Below are positions 44,619 through 55,003 of a DNA stretch of 64,000 bases, one piece after another; positions within the stretch are counted from its first letter, which is position 1; every line of letters starts with the position of its first letter. Source of the DNA: an uncultured Clostridia bacterium (GTDB taxonomy: Bacteria > Bacillota > Clostridia > TANB77 > CAG-508); the NCBI GenBank assembly GCA_948530865.1, contig CAOTKV010000006.1, positions 13,238-77,237 of the forward strand, in the 5' to 3' direction. The position numbers and the translations under genes are program-made. The notes beneath the pieces were generated by a model. The model ran no database searches, had not been told where the DNA came from, and saw nothing but the letters and a program-made list of their open reading frames with translations.

Positions 44619-47600
44619 TTATTTTATTATTATATAAGAGAATACATCACCTATTGGTTTATATACTGTAACTATTTCATGTGTAATATCTGGTTTTGTA
44701 ATTGATGTATTAGTTGTTGTATTTGTTCCTGGTATAATTGGTAATGTTTCTGATGTATTAGTATCAGGATTTATAACAACTTCTCTTTCTTCTTGACTTA
44801 TATCATATAGTGTAAATACCAATCTATAAGTTCCTGTAACTAGTTTCTCACCATCTGCTGGTGGTTTTATTTTATATTTCAAATTAAATACTGCATCACC
44901 TAAACTTGAAGAATTTGATTTTATATTTTCTGTGCTTACAGCTTCATATTCAATTCTTCCTTCATTTGTAATTTCTTTAGGTGCTTTTGTTAAAACTTGT
45001 CCATCTTCTGAAATTAATTCTACATAATCTGCTAAATCAACAGTTTGATAATTTTTATTATATATTTTTTCAGTAGTTATTTCTCCTTTTTCTCCATATT
45101 CTCTTCTTTCTAAAGCTACTGTAATATATGGAGTTGTTAATGTAGAATTATATTCTAATTGTACATCTAATGTATTAGATGTTTCTTCATCTCTTGAAGC
45201 ATATCCTTGTTCATTAAGTGTTAGACCAGTACTACAATCAATTACAGCTTGATTATCTGGCAATTTTGAATTTAATCCATATCTATTATTAACAATATTT
45301 AAGTCTATTGTATCTTCTGCTAAATGTTTTTCTGTTCCATAATATTTACCATCAGCAGATGCAAATGTTTTAATCGAAAGTTTATATGCACCTGAAGCAA
45401 GTGAACTATTAGTTGCATTTATTACTAATCTCTTAGAAACGTTTGCAACAATATCATTTAGTTTAACTCTTATTGTACCATCACTTCTTGGATGATATCT
45501 TGCTCCATCAATTTCAATCCATGTTCCTAACAATTCAGAACCTTGAACTTCTCTACCATCTTTTGTTAAAGTTACTACTGCTCCTAGTTTTTTATTAAAG
45601 TATTGAGTATTTGTAGGAGTAGCACCTTCAACTTGCTCTGTTGAGAATGATGTTCCAACAGTAATACTTGCTGTATTTCCAACATATAAATTTTGAATTC
45701 TAGGAGATATTGAAACTCCATTTTGTGAATTTGCTCTATATACATTATATTTTGTTCTATGAGCTGATAATTGTGATGATATTAATCCTATGTTTAACTC
45801 TGGTATATTGGCATCATTTAATTGCTCACTATGTAGTTCTATAGTCATTTCAGGATCTGAAGTAATTTTTGCATTTTCTCCTTCTGGAAAATCTACATCT
45901 TTAAAATCAACAATAAATATAAATGCTTCATAATGGAATTTTAAATTCGAATCATAATAACTATTATTCATTAAAGTTTCATTATATAGTTCTTTCTTAT
46001 CTCCATCTTTACTTCCCATAGCAATAAAATCTTTCAAGTAAAATATATTTTGTGGAGTTTTTACTGTATAATAATAGAATTTTGGTTCATTATTTTTTGA
46101 TAAATCCACCATTGTTATATTGGTTTTTTCTGGAAGCATATAACTTGTATTTAATACTCTTGTTAATTTTTGATAGTATTCATCATCCTTTTTACTTCCA
46201 TTTATTATTTGATCTCTAAAGTTTCTTTGAGACAATTCCAAAAATGTTGAAAAACTACTATCTGTTGTTATATCTGTTGCTGATGTTGTAAATAAATCAT
46301 ATTTAACCCCTGGGGTTATGGCAGCATTGTATCCAGTATCTTTATCTAACTGCATACTCATAGAAAGATGTATAACAACTTCCACTGTATAAAGGTTTGG
46401 TCCTTCCATATAGGTTAAATTCATAAGAATTTCACCAGTACCTAATTTTTTATTTTCTTCAATTTCAACATTCTTTGAGTGATATAAATATAACCCAACA
46501 GTTGTTGTTGTATCAGCATTTTCAAATGTGTATTGTTCATCTCCTGTAAATGAACCTTTTCCATCATCATATTTAAAGTTTGTATTAGCATCACTTGCCC
46601 AACCAGCATTTCCTGTTTTCATTGCTAAAGCAAATTTTGTATTTGCATCTTCAGAAATATTTTCTATTTCAGATTTATCTACTAAAGTTATATTATCATC
46701 TTCCCAATTTACTGAGAAATCTTGAATTGTTAATGTACCATTTTTCTTTATTGCATCTAATTCTTTTAAAGATACATCTACTGCACCTAATGTTGAATAG
46801 TTTGTTACTATTAAACTATCTGCTGTTATTTCAATACGTTTTAATCTATTTAAGCCTGTATACCATGCATAATATTGATAATCTTTTGGTGTTGGCTCAA
46901 TATATCCATAATAAGAACCTGTTGAATTATATTGATCACTTGTAAGATTATTTTCTTTTTGTAATTTATCAGCTTCAGGTGTAAGTATTTCATATGTTGT
47001 ATAAAAACCATTTTTGGTAATATCATGTTCAGGATCTCTTTGATGTAATCCTAATACATATGATGTTGTAAAGTTTCTTTCTCCCCATTCTGGAGCTTTT
47101 CCAATTTGATAGTTCTCATCATATATACCTGAATATAAGTTTTCTCCTTGATATACTCCAAAGAAAGTCATTCCTTCAACATGTCCATATTCACCTTGAA
47201 CATCTTCTCTGGCTGATATATTTAAATTCGAACCATTATATAAGTATATTCTATTATCAACATTTTTTGTAACTGTTATTCCATCTTCTGAGAATGTTAC
47301 CTCAGCTGGAACTTCACTTCCGTCTTTATCTACCATACTATAAAAACTTGATAATCTGTTTGCCCCATTTTCTAAATAAAGCATTGTTCCATTTTTTATT
47401 GTTAATTTTCCTATAATATTAAATGCATATGCAACATCTTTAAAATAAGTATTAGTACTATCAGTAGTACCTTCTAAATTCATAACAGAATTATCAATTA
47501 CAACATTTGTTGCTCTTTGAACTGAAATTGCTTTTTTAATAATTTTATTTTCTCTTGAACCATAATTTTTTATTGTTATATCACCATCTTTAGCAGCACT

Positions 47601-50600
47601 TGATGCATTACCTGAACCAAATATACTTCCTTTTATATTAATTGAATTATTTTCTGTTGTATCATAATCTGTTCCATCTAAATTAATTTTAATATTACCA
47701 TTAATACTTTTGAAGTTATAATCAAAAACATCTGAACCAGTTCTTGATTCACCACCACCAAATATTGTACCAGATATTTCTATTTTTCCTTGCTCATAAC
47801 CTTGGTCTATAGCTGATTTTCCTATGAAAAGATTAGCATTTCCAAATATTTTAGCTTGATTTGATCCACCATACACACTACCATTTATTGTAGCACCTGA
47901 TATATATACATACGAATCTGCACCAGCTATTTGATCTGTACTTGTATCACCAATTGCACCAACGTTTGCAGCATCACCACCACCAAATAAATTATTTTTT
48001 ATAATAGTAGTTCCTTCTGCAATTATTTTTGTAGGACCTTTTACTAAAGCTTTATTACAAGCATTTCTCTCATCACCTTTACCAGCTGCAAAAGCGCTTC
48101 CATTAACTGTTGTTGAACTAATTCTAACAGATGTTTCGCCATCTACATTTCCTAGCTCTCCACCACCATATACGTTTTCTACAATAGAATTTAAAAGCTC
48201 TACTGTTGTTTTTTTAGCAACTGTATTTTCACCAAATCCACCACCATATACATTACCTACATTTTCTGTATTTTCACATTTTATCAATGTTTCTCCAACA
48301 GTACCTGCTGAATTAGAACCTCCATATATATTACGAGCTTTTCCTTTTACATACATTGCAATAGTTCTGCTTTCTTCAACACCAGCATTATTTCCACCAC
48401 TATATGCATTTCCAACTTCAGCATTTTCATATAGATACATTTCGTTTTTATATGGTTTATTATCTGTACATTTAACTTGTGCATTGTTTCCACCAGCATA
48501 TACTTCATTTACATATGTTGGTGCTTTCTCTCCAACTTTAACTGTAATATTTCCAGTAATTGTACCATTTATATTAGCACCACCAAATACTTTAAGATTT
48601 TCATATCTTCCACCATCTATTGTTACACTAACTTCTTTGTTAGTTGCTGGTCGTACATTATTTCCTTTTCCTGCTCCATAAATATTTCCAGCAATATTTA
48701 TATTTCTATCTTCTGATTTTTGATTTACAGTAATTGCAGAGATACCATCTACTGCTCCCATTTCACTACCACCATAAATATTTCCAGTTATATTTACATT
48801 ATTTGAATCATTATTTACTATAATTTGTGATGTACCATTAACTGATGTTCCTAAACCACAACCACCAACAAATATTGCGTCTTTGCCTTCATTATTAGCA
48901 TTTACAGTACCACCGCTTAAAGTAATTTTAGCATTTCCTTTAACTGTTCCATTAACATTAGAACCACCATAAACAGTTCCATCAACAGTTCCGTTTTTCA
49001 TGTTTATTTCAACATTTCCATCAACACCATTTTGGTTAGAACCACCATATACATTTCCACCTATAGTTCCACCTAGTATATCTACTTTAGAGTTTTGAGC
49101 AACTTTTCCAAAGTTTCCTCCACCATATACATTTTTTAGTATTTTAGCATTTCCATCTATAATAACATGTGATGAATTTAAATTTCCAGCTGTTGCATTT
49201 CCACTTTTTCCATTTCCAGCACCTAATACATTTCCATATTCTAAATCATATATTTTATCCGCTGTTGGAGAAAATTTTTTATTTACTAACCTATCATCTC
49301 CACCAATAGTAGCATTTCCACCAATATAAAGTAATGTATTGCCATTCAAAGTTCCAGCTCCATCTTTAGAAGCACAACCATTTATACCTCCAGCTATAGC
49401 ATATTGAACTATACCATCTGTCATTTGTAAAATTCTATCACCCGCTGTATTTAATTGAAAAGAACCTGCAGATATATATTGTATATTAGCACCACTTCCC
49501 TTTATATATATATGTGTATTAGCAAGATTAGCATAATTTGAATTCACACATAATCCACTAGTTATATTAACAATTTGTCCACCTTCTACTGTTAATACTC
49601 TATTTCCTTTATCATATGAAGATGTTGTATTGTCTCCATTAGTATAGCCTGCAATTGCAATACCAGCTGTACCAGCCAAATTTTGCTCAGAGCCAGTTTC
49701 GCCATATTGTTCATAAAAATCTATACCAATTTTTCCACTTTTTACACATATATTGTATATTGTATCTGAATTAGATATCGTTGATACAATTCCTTTTTCA
49801 TATCTTGCGGTAAGTCTATAATAAATGTTTAAATTTTCATTATTATTTAATGCTTTATCATAATCTGCTCCAAGAACAAAATTAGCTAAAACATTACGAT
49901 TTTTAGAAGTTGAATCATTTCCATTTTCAACATATACATTTGAATATCTTCCTGATTCTATTACAGTTTTATATTCTTCTTTTTCACCACTACCGCCTTG
50001 AACTTGAGCAAATGTCGTTGTTGTATCAGATACATTTAATGGAGTCATTCCTCTACCAATACGTAAATTATATGAATTTCCTGATATTGTCCAGTGATAT
50101 TTCTGTGTTCCATTATTATTATATTCTTTAAAATTTTCACTATTGTTTTCGTTGTAATTTCCAGAACCTGTAATGTTCAAAAATGCCATTTGTAAATCAT
50201 TTTCAATTTCTACATTATATGTTAGTTTAACTTTTGCATTTTCATTTAATCTATAATCATGTCCATCATATAAACTTGTGACTGTATAACCCACATCTGC
50301 TTTTTTAAAAGCTTTATTATCACTATTATCAGAATTAATTTCTCCACCAGAAACTATAATTATATTTAATTCTCTATCTGATGCATTAGATGCATATTTC
50401 GGATTTTCATTTAATTTATTTATTGCATCATTCCATGAGCCAAGTTCTTGTCCAAGTGTTCTACCATCTCCTGTACCACCTTGTTTCATAAATACTACAT
50501 TAGCAATTTTCCAATCTGCATATAAATCAACTGTAATTTCTTTATTTTCTGGACTTACTGGTATTTCTGCTTTTTGAACTTTAGTATTGTTATTTATAGA

Positions 50601-52787
50601 TATAGTATAGGCATCATTTTTCCATCCATCAAAACCTAATAAAACTTCTTCTCCTGGTTTTAATGAATCTGAATATCTTTTTGTTGCAACAGGTCTATTC
50701 ATAAATGGATTATCAATTAATTCAAATGATATTTTTCCATCTATTATAGGTAAACATGTTTTATATGATACAAGATTTTGTTTTTCATTTTCGTTAGCAG
50801 ATATAGAAGCTGATATTTGTGACATTTCATAATCATAATTTTCTATTGTAACTAAATTAACACTATCTGGCTTTAATGCTAGAACAAGATTAGATGGTGT
50901 GGTTCTAGACCCTTCTACTCTTACAAGAACTTCTATTTTATTATCTATTAATTGATTTCCAGCAGATGAAGATAATTCAAACGTCCTATAATCAATTTTC
51001 TTATATGCAGATGATTCTATAATATCAAAATTACTATTATACCTTGAATCTTTAAATGTTACTTGCATTCTCCAATTTGAACCAACTTCAACATCAGAAT
51101 TAACTTCAATTGTAACTTTACAATCAGCAGTATTTGCAGGCATTCCAGTAAGAGGTTCTCTTACTGATGTAACATTTATCTTTGAATAATCAATAAAATT
51201 TTCTGAATCTTCATTTCCTGTTATTGGATTTTCTGGAATTGAATGATAATTAACTGTAACTTTAGCTAAATTATCTTCAGTATATTTTCCAGTATTATTT
51301 CCATCTTTATTATCTGTATAATTTTTTCCTAAATAAAAGTTTTTATCTGATTCATATGTATCAATTACTATTTGTTCTTCTGTTCTAATATCTTCTGCAA
51401 TAGCAACATATGTGTACTCTACAAACTTATCTGTATCCATTTCGACAGAATCAAATCCAAATTCAACATCTTCATTTTTAAATTCTTCAATTACATCTAA
51501 TACTTCATTTTCTAAAGACATAAGAGCTATATCATTATTCTTAAAACGAACTAATTTTACGTTTAATTCATTTTTTACATTATTTAAGTGTGTTGTTGAT
51601 ATTGCTTTTACATTTATGCTTGGTGCAAATTCTGTTGGTTCGTAAACATTTCCATCTTTTTCAAAAAGAATATTGTATGCAAATACTGGATGAAATTCTT
51701 TAAAATCTTCAGATTGTTTAATTTCCATTTCAATATTTTGAATTTCTTCTTGTGATTTATTTATTGAAATTGCATTTAATGAATAACCAGTTGGAATATA
51801 TCCATTTGCAATAAATTTTGTTTCATTTTCTTCAAAAGTTAATTCTTGTTTATATAATTTTGTATCACCAACTTTTATTGTTTGATATTCAACTTCTATT
51901 GAAACATCTCCAATTGAATATCTATCTTCTCCACTAGTTTCTTTTACTGTAAATTTACTTCCTGGTTTTAATCCTACTTTTTCAACCACAGTATCTGGAT
52001 TATATGCTGGTTTTTCTATTGTTTCATTATCAATCTTATTTTCTTCTACTGTGTTTTCAGCATTTACCTCATTATTAACTTTGTTTTCTTCTACTACTGT
52101 ATTTTCTATAATTTCATTTTCTGGAGCAACAGTAGTATTTGTTGAAATTTCATTTTCTACAATAGTATTTGTAGATACAGTATTTTCTACAACAGTATTA
52201 GTTGATTCCACATTTTCTACTACTGTGTTTGTATTATCTTCACTCTTTTCTTTTTCTTCCTCACTTTCTTCTAAATCATTAGAAGTTAAAAATTTCTTTC
52301 TTAAACCAGCAATTTTTTCTGTTTGCATTACATTTTCTGATTTTATTTCATTAGTATCATTCACTTGGCTTTCTGTATTTTCAGGTAAAATATTTTCTAC
52401 AACATTTTGTATTTCATCAGTAATAGTATTAATAATGACATTGCTATTTTCTTCTTTTACCTTATTCTGAACTCTATTATCAGTTATATAATATTGGTTT
52501 ACATAGTATCCATTTATTTGATCAGGTAAAATAATATATTTTTCACCATTTGTATCTGTAAATACTTCAAGATCTATTTCAGAATTTTCTAAAGAAATAT
52601 CTTCACCATATTCTTTGAAATTAATTTTTATTGCATCTACTAATTCAGATTTAGTTGAAAAATTAAATCTATATATAACAAATAAAAATACAATTAAAAT
52701 TAGAATTATTAGTGTATTTCTAACTAAATTCTTTTTAATAACTTTATCTTTTTTAGTTTTAAAAATTCTTCTATTTCTCCTAGCCAT
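44619..52787 (-). CDS. Giant (2722 aa) N-terminally anchored surface protein with a central parallel-beta-helix-like repeat region
   Basis: Single uninterrupted ORF with the N-terminal TM helix LIILILIVFLFVIYRF. It contains a VEN/STNT tandem linker and more than 15 [VI][YF]GG[SG]N..G.V.G repeats. The C-terminus ...GDVFSYIIIK carries no LPXTG. Confidence 0.85.
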   Translation of the reverse strand: MARRNRRIFKTKKDKVIKKNLVRNTLIILILIVFLFVIYRFNFSTKSELVDAIKINFKEYGEDISLENSEIDLEVFTDTNGEKYIILPDQINGYYVNQYYITDNRVQNKVKEENSNVIINTITDEIQNVVENILPENTESQVNDTNEIKSENVMQTEKIAGLRKKFLTSNDLEESEEEKEKSEDNTNTVVENVESTNTVVENTVSTNTIVENEISTNTTVAPENEIIENTVVEENKVNNEVNAENTVEENKIDNETIEKPAYNPDTVVEKVGLKPGSKFTVKETSGEDRYSIGDVSIEVEYQTIKVGDTKLYKQELTFEENETKFIANGYIPTGYSLNAISINKSQEEIQNIEMEIKQSEDFKEFHPVFAYNILFEKDGNVYEPTEFAPSINVKAISTTHLNNVKNELNVKLVRFKNNDIALMSLENEVLDVIEEFKNEDVEFGFDSVEMDTDKFVEYTYVAIAEDIRTEEQIVIDTYESDKNFYLGKNYTDNKDGNNTGKYTEDNLAKVTVNYHSIPENPITGNEDSENFIDYSKINVTSVREPLTGMPANTADCKVTIEVNSDVEVGSNWRMQVTFKDSRYNSNFDIIESSAYKKIDYRTFELSSSAGNQLIDNKIEVLVRVEGSRTTPSNLVLALKPDSVNLVTIENYDYEMSQISASISANENEKQNLVSYKTCLPIIDGKISFELIDNPFMNRPVATKRYSDSLKPGEEVLLGFDGWKNDAYTISINNNTKVQKAEIPVSPENKEITVDLYADWKIANVVFMKQGGTGDGRTLGQELGSWNDAINKLNENPKYASNASDRELNIIIVSGGEINSDNSDNKAFKKADVGYTVTSLYDGHDYRLNENAKVKLTYNVEIENDLQMAFLNITGSGNYNENNSENFKEYNNNGTQKYHWTISGNSYNLRIGRGMTPLNVSDTTTTFAQVQGGSGEKEEYKTVIESGRYSNVYVENGNDSTSKNRNVLANFVLGADYDKALNNNENLNIYYRLTARYEKGIVSTISNSDTIYNICVKSGKIGIDFYEQYGETGSEQNLAGTAGIAIAGYTNGDNTTSSYDKGNRVLTVEGGQIVNITSGLCVNSNYANLANTHIYIKGSGANIQYISAGSFQLNTAGDRILQMTDGIVQYAIAGGINGCASKDGAGTLNGNTLLYIGGNATIGGDDRLVNKKFSPTADKIYDLEYGNVLGAGNGKSGNATAGNLNSSHVIIDGNAKILKNVYGGGNFGKVAQNSKVDILGGTIGGNVYGGSNQNGVDGNVEINMKNGTVDGTVYGGSNVNGTVKGNAKITLSGGTVNANNEGKDAIFVGGCGLGTSVNGTSQIIVNNDSNNVNITGNIYGGSEMGAVDGISAITVNQKSEDRNINIAGNIYGAGKGNNVRPATNKEVSVTIDGGRYENLKVFGGANINGTITGNITVKVGEKAPTYVNEVYAGGNNAQVKCTDNKPYKNEMYLYENAEVGNAYSGGNNAGVEESRTIAMYVKGKARNIYGGSNSAGTVGETLIKCENTENVGNVYGGGFGENTVAKKTTVELLNSIVENVYGGGELGNVDGETSVRISSTTVNGSAFAAGKGDERNACNKALVKGPTKIIAEGTTIIKNNLFGGGDAANVGAIGDTSTDQIAGADSYVYISGATINGSVYGGSNQAKIFGNANLFIGKSAIDQGYEQGKIEISGTIFGGGESRTGSDVFDYNFKSINGNIKINLDGTDYDTTENNSINIKGSIFGSGNASSAAKDGDITIKNYGSRENKIIKKAISVQRATNVVIDNSVMNLEGTTDSTNTYFKDVAYAFNIIGKLTIKNGTMLYLENGANRLSSFYSMVDKDGSEVPAEVTFSEDGITVTKNVDNRIYLYNGSNLNISAREDVQGEYGHVEGMTFFGVYQGENLYSGIYDENYQIGKAPEWGERNFTTSYVLGLHQRDPEHDITKNGFYTTYEILTPEADKLQKENNLTSDQYNSTGSYYGYIEPTPKDYQYYAWYTGLNRLKRIEITADSLIVTNYSTLGAVDVSLKELDAIKKNGTLTIQDFSVNWEDDNITLVDKSEIENISEDANTKFALAMKTGNAGWASDANTNFKYDDGKGSFTGDEQYTFENADTTTTVGLYLYHSKNVEIEENKKLGTGEILMNLTYMEGPNLYTVEVVIHLSMSMQLDKDTGYNAAITPGVKYDLFTTSATDITTDSSFSTFLELSQRNFRDQIINGSKKDDEYYQKLTRVLNTSYMLPEKTNITMVDLSKNNEPKFYYYTVKTPQNIFYLKDFIAMGSKDGDKKELYNETLMNNSYYDSNLKFHYEAFIFIVDFKDVDFPEGENAKITSDPEMTIELHSEQLNDANIPELNIGLISSQLSAHRTKYNVYRANSQNGVSISPRIQNLYVGNTASITVGTSFSTEQVEGATPTNTQYFNKKLGAVVTLTKDGREVQGSELLGTWIEIDGARYHPRSDGTIRVKLNDIVANVSKRLVINATNSSLASGAYKLSIKTFASADGKYYGTEKHLAEDTIDLNIVNNRYGLNSKLPDNQAVIDCSTGLTLNEQGYASRDEETSNTLDVQLEYNSTLTTPYITVALERREYGEKGEITTEKIYNKNYQTVDLADYVELISEDGQVLTKAPKEITNEGRIEYEAVSTENIKSNSSSLGDAVFNLKYKIKPPADGEKLVTGTYRLVFTLYDISQEEREVVINPDTNTSETLPIIPGTNTTTNTSITKPDITHEIVTVYKPIGDVFSYIIIK
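47581..49260 (-). repeat. Coding array of degenerate ~25-30-aa Gly/Asn-rich repeats (beta-helix-like) inside the giant gene
   Basis: Units include NVYGGGNFGKV, NVYGGSNQNGVDGN, TVYGGSNVNGTVKGN, NIYGGSEMGAVDG, NIYGAGKGN, KVFGGANINGTITGN, EVYAGGNNAQV, NAYSGGNNAGV, NIYGGSNSAGTVG, NVYGGGFGENTV, NVYGGGELGNVDG, NLFGGGDAANVG, SVYGGSNQAKIFGN, TIFGGGESRTGS and SIFGSGNASSAAKDGD. Confidence 0.75.
52038..52235 (-). repeat. Degenerate tandem 8-10-aa repeat (STNTVVEN-type) forming the membrane-proximal stalk of the giant protein
   Basis: aa 185-250 read NTNTVVENVE STNTVVENTV STNTIVENEI STNTTVAPENEIIENTVVEENKVNNEVNAENTVEEN. Confidence 0.7.
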
Positions 52788-52883
52788 ATAATACTCCCAT
52801 TATTAATAAAATTCATGGTTATTGTATCATAGAGTGCTATTTTTTTAAAGTATTTTCCTATTTTGTAATATAAATGAAAAACA

Positions 52884-52920
52884 AGAAAAAAGGTAATAAA
52901 TTGAACATTTATTACCTTTT
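52884..52920 (-). terminator. Terminator after the 368-aa TasA-like gene
   Basis: AAGGTAATAAA-TTGAAC-ATTTATTACCTT followed by a T-run on the minus strand. A TTTAAA-N17-TACAAT promoter candidate for the giant gene follows (~52815-52850). Confidence 0.65.
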
Positions 52921-52951
52921 AATTTATATTTCATTTATAATTTTAACTAAA

Positions 52952-54058
52952 TTATTTTGGGTTTACTTGTGTTCCAGCTGAATCTAAACTAAAGTTTAAA
53001 GTATATCTAGCACGAGAACCTGATGCATAGTTTTCGCAGTCAATATCTTGACCTTCAATCCACATATAAACTCTATATTTTGTCACACCAGCTGCTAAGG
53101 CTGCTGATTCTCCACTTGGAGTTGTTGCATTCTTTGGCATTACAAGATCTGAAGTTGATGTATCATTTTTACTTGTTGACCAAGTTTTATGTACTGGTGC
53201 AAATTTATCACTATGAGCAGTTGCTGTACCATCTCCTAATAATATTCCTTCTGCAAGTGTTATTGGAGCCTTTACACCATCATATGCTATTTCAGGATTT
53301 CCAGCACCTTCTCTTAAACTATGATTCCAGCCAACTGTTTTTTCATCATATACAATAGCTTTTGATGTATGATAATCATTGTTTGGTTCCCACATCATTG
53401 GTGTTCCACCTGTTTTTAAAGTAGCTCTTAAATCTTCTGCATCTTCAGATTTTTTATTATCACCTGGTATAATTGCAATACGAGAAGCATTTGTTATACC
53501 TTTTTCTTTTGTTGGATCTTCAATTACTTTATCAGGATTATTTAATTCTAATTCAACAACATTTCCTGACATATATAAATCTTTTTCAGCATTTCCTGAT
53601 TTTAAATATATATCAAATGCAATATAATGTCCAGCTGGTGATTCTGTTCCATCATATGCTTTTTCAGTTTCTTCTGTTGAAGTAATTACGAAATTAGTAG
53701 ATGTTTCACTTTCTGGTTCAGTAACACCATAAAACATTTTCATACTATTACCATTTTTTTCAAGTACTGTTGATACTGGTTCCATTACAACTGGTAATTG
53801 GTTAACAATGTTTTCTTTGTATTTTTGTGTTGCATCTTGTAAATCTTTTAATTCAAGTACTGTTTTCCAATCTTCAGCATCAGCTGAAATTTGAAGACCA
53901 CTTTGTGTCTCAATTCTAACATCAAGATTTCCAATGCTTACTGTTCTGTTTGCAGTAAACCATGCATAAGTTGACATTATTAATAGCACTGCTGTTAACA
54001 ATAAAACAAGCAATAAACTATCTAACTTTTTCTTACTTACTTTTGTTTTTTTCTTCAT
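52952..54058 (-). CDS. TasA/camelysin-like exported protein with a SipW-type signal peptide
   Basis: N-terminus MKKKTKVSKKKLDSLLLVLLLTAVLLIMSTYAWFTANRTVS, compared with the TasA-type G-T-[FY]-A-[YW]-F-[ST] box. 368 aa. Confidence 0.7.
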   Translation of the reverse strand: MKKKTKVSKKKLDSLLLVLLLTAVLLIMSTYAWFTANRTVSIGNLDVRIETQSGLQISADAEDWKTVLELKDLQDATQKYKENIVNQLPVVMEPVSTVLEKNGNSMKMFYGVTEPESETSTNFVITSTEETEKAYDGTESPAGHYIAFDIYLKSGNAEKDLYMSGNVVELELNNPDKVIEDPTKEKGITNASRIAIIPGDNKKSEDAEDLRATLKTGGTPMMWEPNNDYHTSKAIVYDEKTVGWNHSLREGAGNPEIAYDGVKAPITLAEGILLGDGTATAHSDKFAPVHKTWSTSKNDTSTSDLVMPKNATTPSGESAALAAGVTKYRVYMWIEGQDIDCENYASGSRARYTLNFSLDSAGTQVNPK

Positions 54059-54073
54059 TTCTTTCCTCCTATA

Positions 54074-54778
54074 TTAATCAACATGTTCTTCTGTAATATC
54101 CATATGCATTTTCAATTCTCCGCCAAGTAACGCATTTGTACAATCAGGATCATCACCTTCAATAAATACAACAATAGTGAATCTATCAATATCACCTGGT
54201 TTGAAGTCTTGTCTACATTCTAACATTACAGTATCATCGGAATAAAAAGCTTTTGTACCTTCTTCTGGTTCTTCTGTAAAGCCATTTAATTTAGCATAAA
54301 CTGATTGTTCTCCATTCAAAAAGACCATAACCCTAATAGCTTCATCTACATTTAAGATAACATCATCAATAAGTGTAGAATACCAATAATTAACTGTTTC
54401 TTTACCTTCATTTTCTATGTAAAAGGTATATGCAATATAATTATCGCCATTATGAGAACCATCGCCTTCTGTATCAATGTTTTCTGGTAACCATTGTATA
54501 GAAATGTTATCCATTCCATCAAATGCAGAAGCTTCGAGTTTTCTTGACACCATCTTTTCAGCCATATTCTCATAAATTACTATTCCTTTATCCCAACTCA
54601 AATTTCGATCTAGAATAATTGTAAATTTTCCAGCATCGTAAATTATAGATAGGATAAAATATAATAAAATCAAGAATAACAATAAAATAAGTAGTGCAAG
54701 TCTAATTATTTTGATTCTCAAATCTCTTCTAACTATTTTTTTAGAGGTCGTCTCAAATTCAAACTTTGTCATTTTCAT
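54074..54778 (-). CDS. Membrane-anchored/exported protein of the SipW-TasA-like cluster
   Basis: 234 aa with the N-terminal TM helix LALLILLLFLILLYFILSIIY, then a beta-rich domain. It lies 15 nt upstream of the TasA-like gene. Confidence 0.5.
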   Translation of the reverse strand: MKMTKFEFETTSKKIVRRDLRIKIIRLALLILLLFLILLYFILSIIYDAGKFTIILDRNLSWDKGIVIYENMAEKMVSRKLEASAFDGMDNISIQWLPENIDTEGDGSHNGDNYIAYTFYIENEGKETVNYWYSTLIDDVILNVDEAIRVMVFLNGEQSVYAKLNGFTEEPEEGTKAFYSDDTVMLECRQDFKPGDIDRFTIVVFIEGDDPDCTNALLGGELKMHMDITEEHVD

Positions 54779-55003
54779 TTGAACAACCTCACCTCCTATT
54801 AGATCAAAGCTATTTTAGATTAGACATACATATTGAATTTTGCATATTCTCTAATTTAGGTTAATTTTACCATATCTAGTAAATCACCTCAATTACATTA
54901 TTTTTACATTTTTTTCTCATGTTTGTTACATTTACCACTTTAATTGACTAAAAAATTTCTCTATGTTACAATTTTCATATACTAATAAGAATGGGGTTTT
55001 TGT

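Noticed and set aside
44619-44700. An LPXTG sortase signal or C-terminal anchor on the giant protein.
   Set aside because: The C-terminus reads ...VTVYKPIGDVFSYIIIK, with no LPXTG, hydrophobic stretch or basic tail. Anchoring appears to be N-terminal.
47581-52235. Nucleotide-level repeat arrays as a CRISPR array or other non-coding repeats.
   Set aside because: The repeats are degenerate, in frame and inside one continuous 8.2-kb ORF. There is no constant repeat/spacer periodicity. No CRISPR-like array was seen anywhere in the window.
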